Shown here: positions 18,697 through 27,611 of the stretch, piece by piece
Layout: the number at the start of each line of letters is the position of its first letter
Numbering within the stretch: position 1 is the first letter of the stretch
Assembly (NCBI GenBank): GCA_036229005.1
Contig: JAZAMN010000071.1
Coordinates: 96,001-160,000 of the forward strand
Length of the DNA stretch: 64,000 nt
Source of the DNA: Myxococcota bacterium
GTDB taxonomy: Bacteria > Myxococcota_A > UBA796 > CAJQPC01
Direction: 5' to 3'
Notes under the pieces: model-generated
The model's database searches: none
What the model saw: the letters and a program-made list of their open reading frames with translations, nothing else
Told to the model about the DNA's origin: nothing
Translations under genes and position numbers: made by a program

Positions 18697-19461
18697 ATGC
18701 TCGAAATCGTCCAGATCCCGGTTTGGCAGGACAACTACGCCTACCTGATCCGCTGCCCCAGCTCCGGCGTGGTGGCGCTGGTGGACAGCCCGGAGGCGGC
18801 GCCGATCCTCCAGGCGCTCAAGGCCCGCGGCTGGACCCTGGACCTGATCCTGAACACCCACCACCACCCCGACCACATCGGGGCGAACCTGGCCCTCAAG
18901 GAGGCCACCGGGTGCAGCATCCTGGGCCCTGAGCTCGACCGCAAGCGCATCCCCGGCATCGACCGCGGCCTCCAGGACGGCGACGCCCTGGCGGTGGGCG
19001 AGGCCAAGGGCCAGGTGCTCTTCGTGCCCGGCCACACCCGCGGCCACATCGCCTTCCACTTCCCCGACAGCAAGGCCCTGTTCATCGGCGACACCCTGTT
19101 CGTCGCGGGCTGCGGCCGCCTCTTCGAGGGCACCCCCGAGCAGCTCTGGGCCAGCTTCGAGCGCGTCAAGGCCCTGCCGCCCAAGACCCAGCTCTTCTGC
19201 GCGCACGAATACACCCTCTCCAACCTGCGCTTCGCCCTGCACGTGGACCCCGAGAACCTGGAGCTCGCGGCGCTGCAGACCCAGGCCAAAGCCCTGCGTG
19301 AGCAAGGCCAGCCCACCGTCCCCAGCACCCTGGCCCAGGAGCTCGCCACCAACCCCTTCCTGCGCGCGGACCAGCCCCAGCTCGCCGCCGCCGTGGGCCT
19401 GGAGGGCCAGCCCGCCCACCGCGTGTTGGGGGCCCTCCGCGCCCTCAAGGACCGCTTCTGA
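18697..19461 (+). CDS. gloB: Hydroxyacylglutathione hydrolase (glyoxalase II)
   Basis: DNYAYL, THHHPDHIG, PGHTRGH, GDTLFVAGCGR, CAHEYT, TNPFLR, LRALKDRF. Confidence 0.95.
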   Translation: MLEIVQIPVWQDNYAYLIRCPSSGVVALVDSPEAAPILQALKARGWTLDLILNTHHHPDHIGANLALKEATGCSILGPELDRKRIPGIDRGLQDGDALAVGEAKGQVLFVPGHTRGHIAFHFPDSKALFIGDTLFVAGCGRLFEGTPEQLWASFERVKALPPKTQLFCAHEYTLSNLRFALHVDPENLELAALQTQAKALREQGQPTVPSTLAQELATNPFLRADQPQLAAAVGLEGQPAHRVLGALRALKDRF

Positions 19462-20282
19462 AGGTCCACCGGCTGAGCGTCCGGGGCCGCCAGGTCCTCC
19501 TCCGCGAGCAAGGCCAGGGCGCCCCGCTGCTGCTCCTGCACGGCGTGCCCACCTCGTCTCTGCTCTACCGCAACTGCATGGGCCCCCTCGCGGACGCCGG
19601 GGTGCGTGCGCTGGCCCCCGACCTGCCCGGCTACGGCGCCTCCGAGCACATCGACCATGATCTGAGCGTCGACGCCCACCTGGACTGGCTGGAGGCGCTA
19701 CTCGATGACCTCGCCTGCGGGCCGGTGCATGTGGCGGGTGTGGATCTGGGCGGGTTGCTGGCGGTGGGCCTGACTTTGCGCGGCCGGACGCGATCCCTCT
19801 CCCTCACCAGCACCGCCATCGGACCGGGCTGGATGCCGGCACAGCTCACCGCGATGCCCGGCCTGGAGCTCTTCTTCTACCGGCTCTACGGCGGGCGCCT
19901 CTGGCTGCGTCAAGGCGTCGCCCCGGAACGCGTCCCCGCCCTGTTGGCCCTCCACAGCCCCCGCCTGGAGTCCGACCCCCAGTTCACCGAGCGCATGCGC
20001 CGCACCGCCCTGGCCTTCTCCTGGCGCCACTGGGCCCGCTGGCCCCAAGCACTGGCCGCCAGCCCCGTCCCAAAGCAGCTCATCTGGGGCAGCGAGGACC
20101 GCTTCTTCAGACCCTGGGTCGCCCAGCGCATCGCGGCGTCTCTGGGCTGTCCGCTCCACTGGGTCCAAGGGGGCCGGCACCACCTGCCATTCGGTCGGCC
20201 CACCGCCTGGACCCAGCAGGTGCTCGCGCTCATCCGCGATCTCCCCGCCAGCGAGGTCACCAGGGCCCAGACCACCCCCTGA
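19458..20282 (+). CDS. Alpha/beta hydrolase (epoxide hydrolase/haloalkane dehalogenase-like), probable CTG start
   Basis: LLLHGVPTSS, APDLPGYGAS, GVDLGG (Asp nucleophile), WGSED, C-terminal His; frame is open upstream of GTG 19545 with family-like sequence. Confidence 0.75.
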   Translation: MKVHRLSVRGRQVLLREQGQGAPLLLLHGVPTSSLLYRNCMGPLADAGVRALAPDLPGYGASEHIDHDLSVDAHLDWLEALLDDLACGPVHVAGVDLGGLLAVGLTLRGRTRSLSLTSTAIGPGWMPAQLTAMPGLELFFYRLYGGRLWLRQGVAPERVPALLALHSPRLESDPQFTERMRRTALAFSWRHWARWPQALAASPVPKQLIWGSEDRFFRPWVAQRIAASLGCPLHWVQGGRHHLPFGRPTAWTQQVLALIRDLPASEVTRAQTTP

Positions 20283-20285
20283 AGG

Positions 20286-20320
20286 AGAAAACCTCCGCCT
20301 GGAAAATCCCAAGCGGAGGT
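20286..20320 (-). terminator. Intrinsic terminator
   Basis: Minus strand ACCUCCGCUUGG-GAUUUU-CCAGGCGGAGGU followed by UUUCU. Confidence 0.75.
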
Positions 20321-20454
20321 GCGGTCGTCTGGGAGTCTTTGGGGACCCGTCTCCAGGTCCAGCGGGCACCGAATCGCTGCCGACACCGGGGAATTCCGAT
20401 GCCGGATCCCCAGGGCCTCTCTTCCCTGGGACCCAAGTCATCCCTGACTTGCGA
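20286..20454 (-). ncRNA. Candidate sigma54-dependent small RNA (about 170 nt)
   Basis: Sigma54 box upstream, five back-to-back hairpins with G-U pairs valid only on the minus strand, GAGA tetraloop, intrinsic terminator. Confidence 0.65.
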
Positions 20455-20464
20455 AATCCATAAG

Positions 20465-20481
20465 AGCAAGGCCCGTGCCAA
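20465..20481 (-). promoter_or_regulatory. Sigma54 (-24/-12) promoter
   Basis: Minus strand TTGGCACGGGCCTTGCT matches TGGCAC-N5-TTGCW. Confidence 0.8.
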
Positions 20482-20520
20482 CTCGGTGACGCCCAGAACA
20501 GGGGCTCTGCGGGCAGCGCG

Positions 20521-20540
20521 CTGAGACAAGTTTGTCCCAG
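20521..20540. promoter_or_regulatory. Palindromic putative transcription factor / enhancer site
   Basis: CTGAGACAA-GT-TTGTCCCAG, 9-bp arms with one mismatch, upstream of the sigma54 box. Confidence 0.5.
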
Positions 20541-20605
20541 TGGGGGATTCAGATCCCGGCCTTCAAGCCCCCCCGAGATGATCCGTTGTGGCGGGTGGAG
20601 GTTGC

Positions 20606-21595
20606 ATGGAAGCCCTGGCTCAAGACCTGCGCGCCGAGATCTGCGCCCTGCTGGCGCAAGGACCGGCCGATCTGCGCGGGCTGGACCTGGTGCGCGCGGA
20701 CCTCTCGGGGCTGGACCTGTCTGGCTGCGACCTCCGGGGCCAGGACCTGTCGCAGGCCACCCTGCGCGGCGCGCGGCTGATCAAGGCCCAGCTCCAGGAC
20801 GCCGTGTTCTTTGAGGCCGACCTGCAAGAGGCGGAGCTGCTGGGGGCCGACCTGAGCGGCGCGGATCTGCACCAGTGCAGCGCGGCCCGGGCGGGCTTCG
20901 GCCAGGCGAACCTGCGTGAGGCGGACCTGTCGGGGGGCGACTTCTCGAACGCCAGCTTCTCGGGGGCGGACCTGGAGCAAGCGACGATGAGCGGGGCCGA
21001 GCTCAAGGGTGCCCGGATGGTCGAGACCCGGCTGGCCCACGCCGACTGCAGCCGGGTGGACTTCGAGGGGGCCGACCTGAGCCGCAGCGAGGTCAGGGAC
21101 GCCCGCTTCCGCGAGGCCGACATGCGCCGCGTCCGCTTCACGGGCGTGCGCGGCTACGAGGAGGCCGACTGGATCCTGGTGGACATCCGCCAGGCCGACT
21201 GGCGCGGCGCGGCGCTGATGTGGCGGCACATCCTGGACGAGAACTACCTGTGGGAGTTCAAGCACCGCTCCGACAGCCACCACGCCACCTACATGATCTG
21301 GAAGCTGACCTCGGACTGCGGACGACGGCCGCTGCTGTGGGGGCTGTGGACGGCGTTCATCGCGGTGGTGTTCGCGGGGATCTACGAGGGGCTGGCCATC
21401 GACTACGGCGCCCACGAAGCGCCCCTGTCCAGCCTCTACTTCTCGATCGTGACCCTCACGACCCTGGGCTTTGGGGACGTACTCCCCGCCGACGGCTGGG
21501 CCCAGGCCGCCGTCCTGGCCGAGGTCGTGCTGGGCTACGTGATGCTGGGCGGCCTGCTGAGCATCTTCGCCAACAAGATGGCCAGGAGGGCCTGA
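20606..21595 (+). CDS. Pentapeptide-repeat protein fused to 2-TM potassium-channel-like pore (Ion_trans_2)
   Basis: Long A(D/N)LxG repeat tract; LYFSIVTLTTLGFGDV pore signature; GGAGG before ATG 20606. Confidence 0.9.
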   Translation: MEALAQDLRAEICALLAQGPADLRGLDLVRADLSGLDLSGCDLRGQDLSQATLRGARLIKAQLQDAVFFEADLQEAELLGADLSGADLHQCSAARAGFGQANLREADLSGGDFSNASFSGADLEQATMSGAELKGARMVETRLAHADCSRVDFEGADLSRSEVRDARFREADMRRVRFTGVRGYEEADWILVDIRQADWRGAALMWRHILDENYLWEFKHRSDSHHATYMIWKLTSDCGRRPLLWGLWTAFIAVVFAGIYEGLAIDYGAHEAPLSSLYFSIVTLTTLGFGDVLPADGWAQAAVLAEVVLGYVMLGGLLSIFANKMARRA

Positions 21596-22422
21596 TGTTC
21601 GCCGCGCTGCGCAAGACCCTGTTCGGGGACCCCCGCGAGAAGCTGCTGGATGCCCTGGGTGAGGCCCCCATGCCCACCTTTCCCCAGGTCGCCAACGCGG
21701 CCCTGGACAAGCTGCGGGACCCGACCAGCAGCCTGCGGGACGTGGGCCTGATCCTGGAGCAGGACCCGGGCCTGAGCATCCGCCTGCTCAAGACGGTGAA
21801 CTCCCCGGCCTTCGGCCTGCGGCGGCCCTGCACCTCGGTGGCCCATGCGGCCTCGTTGATGGGGCGGGCCCAGCTCGAGTCCATGGTGCTGGCCGTCGCG
21901 GTCAACGCCGCGACCCCCAAGAAGGCCCCGGGCTTCAACCGTCAGCAGTTCTGGCAGGCGGCCGCCCAGCGCGCGGCGGTGGCCCGCTCGATCGCCGCCG
22001 CGATCTCCCCGCGCTTTGCCAGTGAGGCCTTCACGGCGGGCCTGCTGCAGGACATGGCCGTCCCCCTGCTGGCGGCGCGGCGCAGCGACTACGCCCCGGT
22101 GCTGGAGGCCTGGCGCGGCGGCGAGGGCAGCCTGGACGCGCTGGAGCAACAGGCCTTTGGCTGGGACCACGCCGAGATCGGCGGCCTGCTCGGCGAGCGC
22201 TGGGAGTTCCCGGCCGGGCTCAAGGCGGCGGTGTCCGACCACCACGGCGTGGACGCAGATCCCGCGGTCGGCGTGGTGGCGCTGATCGGCGAAGACGGGG
22301 TGGACTCGGAGAAGGTGATCGAGCAGGCCCACGCGCGCTTCGGGCTGGCCCACGACGTGGTGGACAAGGCCATCCAGGAGGGCTCCGAGCAGGCCCAGAC
22401 CCTGTCGGCCCTGTGGACCTGA
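21595..22422 (+). CDS. HDOD domain protein
   Basis: MPTFP, QDPGLSIRLLKTVNSPAFG, AFTAGLLQDMA, EQQAFGWDHAEIG..W.FP; TGATG coupling. Confidence 0.9.
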   Translation: MFAALRKTLFGDPREKLLDALGEAPMPTFPQVANAALDKLRDPTSSLRDVGLILEQDPGLSIRLLKTVNSPAFGLRRPCTSVAHAASLMGRAQLESMVLAVAVNAATPKKAPGFNRQQFWQAAAQRAAVARSIAAAISPRFASEAFTAGLLQDMAVPLLAARRSDYAPVLEAWRGGEGSLDALEQQAFGWDHAEIGGLLGERWEFPAGLKAAVSDHHGVDADPAVGVVALIGEDGVDSEKVIEQAHARFGLAHDVVDKAIQEGSEQAQTLSALWT

Positions 22423-22450
22423 GCCCCCGCTGAGGGCATAGACTGGGGGC

Positions 22451-23644
22451 ATGAGCGCGCCCCGTCCCTGCCCCCAGTGCCAGCGGCCAAACGCCCCCCA
22501 CCGGGTGAGCTGCCTGTACTGCGGGCAGGTCATGCCCAACCCCACCGCCGCCCCCCCAGCCCGCCGGGAGGGGATCTCCAAGGAGCTGGACCGCGCCCTG
22601 GAGAAGGCCCTGCGCGGCGGCAACCTGGCCCAGGTGGAGCAGGTGCTGGGCCAGGTGGGCCGCGCCCGCCAGAGCCCGGAGAGCGAGGCCCCGGTCCCCC
22701 GCCCGGTGCTGGCCTACGAGCGCCCTGAGCCCCAGCCCAGCCTGGACCCGGAGGCCGCATTCGCCGAGCTGCTGCAGGCCCTCACCCAGGCCCAGGGCCA
22801 GTGGCAGGAGGACCCCCAAGCCGCCCTGGAGCAGCTCTCCGCGGCCGGCGCGACCCTGTCCGGGCTCCAGACCGCGCTCCAGGCCCTGCCCGCCCCCCGC
22901 CCCATCGCGCTGCCCCCCTTCCGCCTGCCCTGGGCGCTGGTGATCGACCCGCCGGCAGACCCGGAGACCGCACACCGCCTGGCCACCTGCCTGCGCCTGG
23001 ACCTGGCCACCGCCCGGATGCTCGCCCGCGCACCCCACACCCGCGTGGCCATGCGCTCGCGGGACCGCGCCGACCTGGAGCAGCGCGCCGCGGCCTACAC
23101 CCAGGACACCGGCCGCCCCGCCAATGTGGTGGACGCCGACACCCTGCGCGCCTGCGGCCGCCCCCTCACCGCCCTGGAGATCCGCCAGGACGCCTGGGTG
23201 CTGGCCAAGGGGGAGCAGTGGGCGCAGGAGCCCGAGCAGGTCAGCGTGTCCTCGGGCCGGCCCCAGATTCCCCCGATGATCCGGCTGGTCGTGCCTGGAG
23301 AGGTGCGGGTCCAAGCGTTCAGGGCCCGAGGTCCCGACCTCCCCCCCTCCCCCCTGGGAGAGCGCGCGCTGCAGGTGGTGGATCTGCACGGCCCCGACGC
23401 CTTCGTGCGGGTGGTGGCCGGCATCTCGCAGCTCCCCGCCCCCGGCGACTCCGCGATCCGCGCCCTGCGGGCCTGGCTGGACCAGTGGGCCGAAGACCCC
23501 CAGGTGCGCGTGCTGGGCGCCCGCAGCTTCACCCCCGGCGAGCCCCCCGCACCCCAGAGCGACGACGGCCAGACCCTGGAGGCCAGCGGCTGGCCCCAGT
23601 TCGAAGAGCACAGCCGCGCCGCCCGCCTGCTGCTGCTCGGTTAG
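22451..23644 (+). CDS. Hypothetical protein with N-terminal zinc ribbon
   Basis: CPQC..CLYC; coherent 397-aa ORF in the + strand gene run. Confidence 0.65.
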   Translation: MSAPRPCPQCQRPNAPHRVSCLYCGQVMPNPTAAPPARREGISKELDRALEKALRGGNLAQVEQVLGQVGRARQSPESEAPVPRPVLAYERPEPQPSLDPEAAFAELLQALTQAQGQWQEDPQAALEQLSAAGATLSGLQTALQALPAPRPIALPPFRLPWALVIDPPADPETAHRLATCLRLDLATARMLARAPHTRVAMRSRDRADLEQRAAAYTQDTGRPANVVDADTLRACGRPLTALEIRQDAWVLAKGEQWAQEPEQVSVSSGRPQIPPMIRLVVPGEVRVQAFRARGPDLPPSPLGERALQVVDLHGPDAFVRVVAGISQLPAPGDSAIRALRAWLDQWAEDPQVRVLGARSFTPGEPPAPQSDDGQTLEASGWPQFEEHSRAARLLLLG

Positions 23645-23669
23645 GGCCCTCTCCCGCCTGGGAGCGTGA

Positions 23670-25028
23670 ATGAAGCTCACCCGCCGCAACTTCGTGATCG
23701 CCAGCGGCGCCGCCGCCGTGATCGGCTGCAAGGACCGCGACCCCGCCGACACCGGCGCGCTGGAGGGCTCCCCCGCCCGCGACCCGGAGCCCGGCCCCTG
23801 GGAGGACGCCCCCGGCACCCTGGACCCCGAGGCCTTTGCCTGGTCCCTGCAGAGCGGCGACGTGACCGCGTCCAGCGTGCTCCTGAGCTGCCGCTGCCTG
23901 GAGGAGAGCGTCAGCATCCAGATCGTTCGTCAAGACGGCGAGAGCTGGGTCCTCCACGGCGAGTTCAGCGAGCTGATCTCCCAAAATGGCGTGATCCACC
24001 TCCAAGTGGACGACCTGAGCGCCGACACCGCCTACCGCTGGGTCGTGCTCTCCGCCGACGGCACCCGGCGCTCCGCCATCGGCCGCTTCCGCAGCGCCCT
24101 GGACGCCGACCAGGACCGCGTGGTGATCTTTGGCGCCAGCTCCTGCCTGGGCCGCACCGGCGCGCCCTGGCTCAACCTCAGCAACGCCGCCGCCCAGGAC
24201 CTGGACTTCTTCGCCCTGCTCGGGGACACCGTCTACGCCGACGGCTCCGAGACCCGCGAAGACTACGAGGCCGTCTGGGACCAGGCCATGTCCACCGCCG
24301 GGCTGCACGACCTGAGCGCCAGCACCTCGCTGGTGGTCACCTGGGACGACCACGAGGTCGACAACGACTGGAAGGCCCAGAACTACGCCCCCGAGCTCAT
24401 CGAGGCCGCGACCGCCGTCTGGCGCGAGCGCATGCCCCTGCGGGAGGGCCCCGGCGGCACCCTCTACCGGCACCTGCGCTGGGGCGCCGTGCTCGACCTC
24501 TTTGTGCTGGACTGCCGGGGGGAGCGGGGCGACGACTGGTCCCAGATGATGTCCGCCGAGCAGCTCCAGTGGCTGGCCGAAGCCCTGGCCGCGTCCACCG
24601 CGCGCTTCAAGGTCGTGCTCACCAGCATCCAGGTCACCGACTGGTCGCCCGTGTTCGGGGACTTCTCCGTCGAGGACCGCTGGTCCGGCTACCCCACCCA
24701 GCGCGCCGAGCTGCTGGCCGCCTGCGCCGACATCCCCGGCCTGCTCTTCATCACCGGCGACATGCACTTCGGCGCCCTGTCCTACGTGGAGCCCGCCGGC
24801 CAGCCCAACAGCCACCAGCTCGAGGTCATGGCCGGCCCCTCCGGCTCCCGCGTCAACCCCCTGCCCGGCCTCTACACCGGTGACACCGAGCAGTACCCCG
24901 TGCTGATCACCGACACCGACCAGTGGACCTGGTGCCGCTTTGAGTGCGACGCCACCCTGGGCACCATCACCCTGCAGTTCCGCGACGACGCCGACCAGAT
25001 CGTCGCCGAAGAGGTCCTGGCCCTGTGA
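23670..25028 (+). CDS. phoD: Alkaline phosphatase D family, Tat lipoprotein
   Basis: TRRNF Tat motif + IGC; SGDVT, ASSC, LGDTVYAD, WDDHEV, LDCR, DRWSGY, TGDMH. Confidence 0.9.
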   Translation: MKLTRRNFVIASGAAAVIGCKDRDPADTGALEGSPARDPEPGPWEDAPGTLDPEAFAWSLQSGDVTASSVLLSCRCLEESVSIQIVRQDGESWVLHGEFSELISQNGVIHLQVDDLSADTAYRWVVLSADGTRRSAIGRFRSALDADQDRVVIFGASSCLGRTGAPWLNLSNAAAQDLDFFALLGDTVYADGSETREDYEAVWDQAMSTAGLHDLSASTSLVVTWDDHEVDNDWKAQNYAPELIEAATAVWRERMPLREGPGGTLYRHLRWGAVLDLFVLDCRGERGDDWSQMMSAEQLQWLAEALAASTARFKVVLTSIQVTDWSPVFGDFSVEDRWSGYPTQRAELLAACADIPGLLFITGDMHFGALSYVEPAGQPNSHQLEVMAGPSGSRVNPLPGLYTGDTEQYPVLITDTDQWTWCRFECDATLGTITLQFRDDADQIVAEEVLAL

Positions 25029-25834
25029 GCCTGCACACCCAATCCATCGGCAGCGGCGACAAGCTCGCCCTCATCCTCCACGGCATCCTGGGCTCCGGCC
25101 GCAACTGGAGCAGCTTCGCCCGCGCCCTCTCCAAGCGCTGCCCCGACTGGCAGTTCCTGCTGGTGGATCTGAGGGCTCACGGCCGCAGCCCCACTCTGTC
25201 CCCACCGCATACGGTCACTGCCTGCGCCGGAGATCTGCGCACTCTGACCCGCCAGCGAGGACAGGCTCCCGCAGCCGTCATCGGGCACTCCTTTGGCGGA
25301 AAGGTCGCCCTGGCCTACGGCCGGGACTTCCCCGAGGGCCTGGAGCAGGTCTGGGCCCTGGACTCCCAGCCCGGCGCGCAGCCCCAGGGCATGAGCGACT
25401 CCGACGTGGTCCAGGTCATGACCGCTCTGCGCCAGGTGCCCCTGCCCCTGGAGCGCCGCGAGGACCTGATGCCCCAGCTCAGCGCCCACGGGCTCTCCCG
25501 CGAGCTCGCGCTGTGGATGACCACCAACCTGACCCGCAACCCCGACGGGCCCGGGCTGGTCTGGCGCTTCGATCTGGAGGCCGCCACCGCGCTGATCGCC
25601 GACTACTTCCGGCTGGACCTGTGGCCGGTGCTGGAGCGCCCGCCCCACGGCCCTCACTGGCACCTGCTGCAGGCCGAGCGCTCCGAGCGCTGGACCCAGG
25701 ACGACGCCGACCGGATCGCCGGGCTGCCCGCCTGGAGCCCGGTGCACCACCACCTGCTGCCCGACGCGGGCCACTGGGTGCACGTGGACAACCCCCAGGG
25801 TCTGCTGGAGCTGCTGGCCCGAGAGCTGGGCTGA
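25025..25834 (+). CDS. Alpha/beta hydrolase (YbfF/ABHD11-like esterase)
   Basis: LHGILGSGRNW, DLRAHGRS, GHSFGGKVA, AGHWVHVDNP; GTGA overlap. Confidence 0.9.
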   Translation: MSLHTQSIGSGDKLALILHGILGSGRNWSSFARALSKRCPDWQFLLVDLRAHGRSPTLSPPHTVTACAGDLRTLTRQRGQAPAAVIGHSFGGKVALAYGRDFPEGLEQVWALDSQPGAQPQGMSDSDVVQVMTALRQVPLPLERREDLMPQLSAHGLSRELALWMTTNLTRNPDGPGLVWRFDLEAATALIADYFRLDLWPVLERPPHGPHWHLLQAERSERWTQDDADRIAGLPAWSPVHHHLLPDAGHWVHVDNPQGLLELLARELG

Positions 25835-25843
25835 GCGCCCGCG

Positions 25844-27568
25844 CTAGGCCGCGGCCTTGGGCTCCAGCATGGACTGCAGGGTGCGGAGCAGGTCCTGGGC
25901 ACGCACCGGCTTGGCGATGAAGGCGTCCATGCCGGCGTCGAAGCAGGCCTGCCGGTCCTCGGCCATGGTGCCCGCGGTCATGGCCACGATGCGCAGGGTG
26001 AAGCCCCGGGCGCGGATGCGGCGGGTGGCCTCGAGGCCGTCCATGACCGGCATGTGGGCGTCCATGAGCACCATGTCCCAGGGGTGCTCCTCGACCATCT
26101 TGAGGGCCTGCTCGCCGTTGGGGACGACCACCGGCTCCACGCCCATGCGGGTCAGCATGCGGCGAGCCACCATCTGGTTCACCGGGTTGTCCTCGGCGAC
26201 CAACACACGCACACCGGGAGGGAGGGTCCCGAGCTCAGACGTTGAGGACGGCGACTTTGGGGGCTGCCCAGCCGCCACCTCCAGCTCGAAGAAGAAGCTG
26301 CTGCCCACGTCGGGAGTCGACCGCACCCCGATGTTGCCCCCCATCAGGCTCACCAGGCGCCGGGAGATGGCCAGCCCCAGGCCGGTCCCGCCGAAGCGCC
26401 GCGCGGTGCTGCTGTCCGCCTGGGTGAAGGGCTGGAAGAGCTGCTCCTGGGCCGCGGGGGTGATGCCGATGCCGGTGTCCTGCACCTCGACCCGGAGCAG
26501 GTCACCAGAGCGCTCGACCCGCAGCGCGACCCAGCCCTTGGGGGTGAACTTGACGGCGTTCCCGACCAGGTTCAGGAGCACCTGGCGGAAGCGGGTGGGG
26601 TCGCCCACGACCCAGCCGGTGTCCTTGGCCTCCAGGCGCAGCTCCAGCCCCTTGGACTCCGCGGCGCCCCGCAGCAGCTCGCAGACCTCCTGGGCCACAG
26701 CCTGGGGTGCGTAGTCGATGTCCTCGAACTCCAGGCGCCCGGCCTCGATCTTGGACAGGTCCAGGAGGTCGTTGAGCAGCCCCACCAGGCTCTGGCCGGA
26801 GCTCAGGATGGACTCCAGGGTGTGGCGCTGCTGCGCGCTCAGGTCCCCCTCCTCCAGCATCACCTGGGTCAGCCCCAGCACGCCATTCATGGGGGTGCGC
26901 AGCTCGTGGCTCATGTTGGCCAGGAACGCGGACTTGGCCTCGCTGGACTCCTGGGCGGCCAGCCTGGAGCGCTCCAGATCTTCGCGCTGGCGCACGTTGA
27001 TCCGGTGCTGCATCCAACTCAGCCCCAGCACAAAGCCCTGCAGGATGATCATGGCGACGCCGGCCCGCACCGGGCTGCCCATGGCCAGGCTGGGCTCGGG
27101 CATCCCCGGCAGCACGGCGCGCAGGACCAGGGCCACCACTGCCACACAGACGACCCCGGTCCACAGCGCCATCCCCCGGGGGCCCAGCAGACCCAGGGCC
27201 ATGATGGGGGCGACGATGAGGTAGGTCCCGGCCACCCCCGACTGGATGCCGCCGCCCTCCCAGGCGACCCAGAACACCATCGCCAGGATGAGCCCCAGCA
27301 CCCCGTGGGAGAGGGGGGCCAGGGGGAGCTTGCCCCGAATGAACGCCGCCGTGAGGCCCGCGATGACCGTCAGCAGCGCTCCCATTCCGGCCACCTGGGC
27401 GTAGGAGCCCGCGACCGCCATGTTGACCATGGTCAGCGCACCCACGGGCAGACAGAGCCCGGCGATGCTCAAGAACAGCCGCGAGCGCTGGGCTTGCACC
27501 GCTTCGAGCCCGTCGAAGCGCCCCAAGAGAGCGCTCAGGCGCCCGCGTAGCTTGAGAGGGAGGTCCAC
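25844..27568 (-). CDS. Membrane hybrid histidine kinase (HisKA-HATPase-REC)
   Basis: About 6 [49 protein letters not shown]; start approximate (GTG 27568). Confidence 0.9.
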   Translation of the reverse strand: MDLPLKLRGRLSALLGRFDGLEAVQAQRSRLFLSIAGLCLPVGALTMVNMAVAGSYAQVAGMGALLTVIAGLTAAFIRGKLPLAPLSHGVLGLILAMVFWVAWEGGGIQSGVAGTYLIVAPIMALGLLGPRGMALWTGVVCVAVVALVLRAVLPGMPEPSLAMGSPVRAGVAMIILQGFVLGLSWMQHRINVRQREDLERSRLAAQESSEAKSAFLANMSHELRTPMNGVLGLTQVMLEEGDLSAQQRHTLESILSSGQSLVGLLNDLLDLSKIEAGRLEFEDIDYAPQAVAQEVCELLRGAAESKGLELRLEAKDTGWVVGDPTRFRQVLLNLVGNAVKFTPKGWVALRVERSGDLLRVEVQDTGIGITPAAQEQLFQPFTQADSSTARRFGGTGLGLAISRRLVSLMGGNIGVRSTPDVGSSFFFELEVAAGQPPKSPSSTSELGTLPPGVRVLVAEDNPVNQMVARRMLTRMGVEPVVVPNGEQALKMVEEHPWDMVLMDAHMPVMDGLEATRRIRARGFTLRIVAMTAGTMAEDRQACFDAGMDAFIAKPVRAQDLLRTLQSMLEPKAAA

Positions 27569-27611
27569 CCATGCCTTATCGACAGGACCGCCCCGGTCGT
27601 TGACCCCTTCC

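Noticed and set aside
20286..20575. tmRNA, 6S, RNase P, SRP or riboswitch identity for the structured region
   Set aside because: No tRNA-like ends, no single long rod with central bubble, and no RNase P or SRP conserved motifs recognised. Possible long-range pairings with 20480-20497 lie upstream of the predicted TSS
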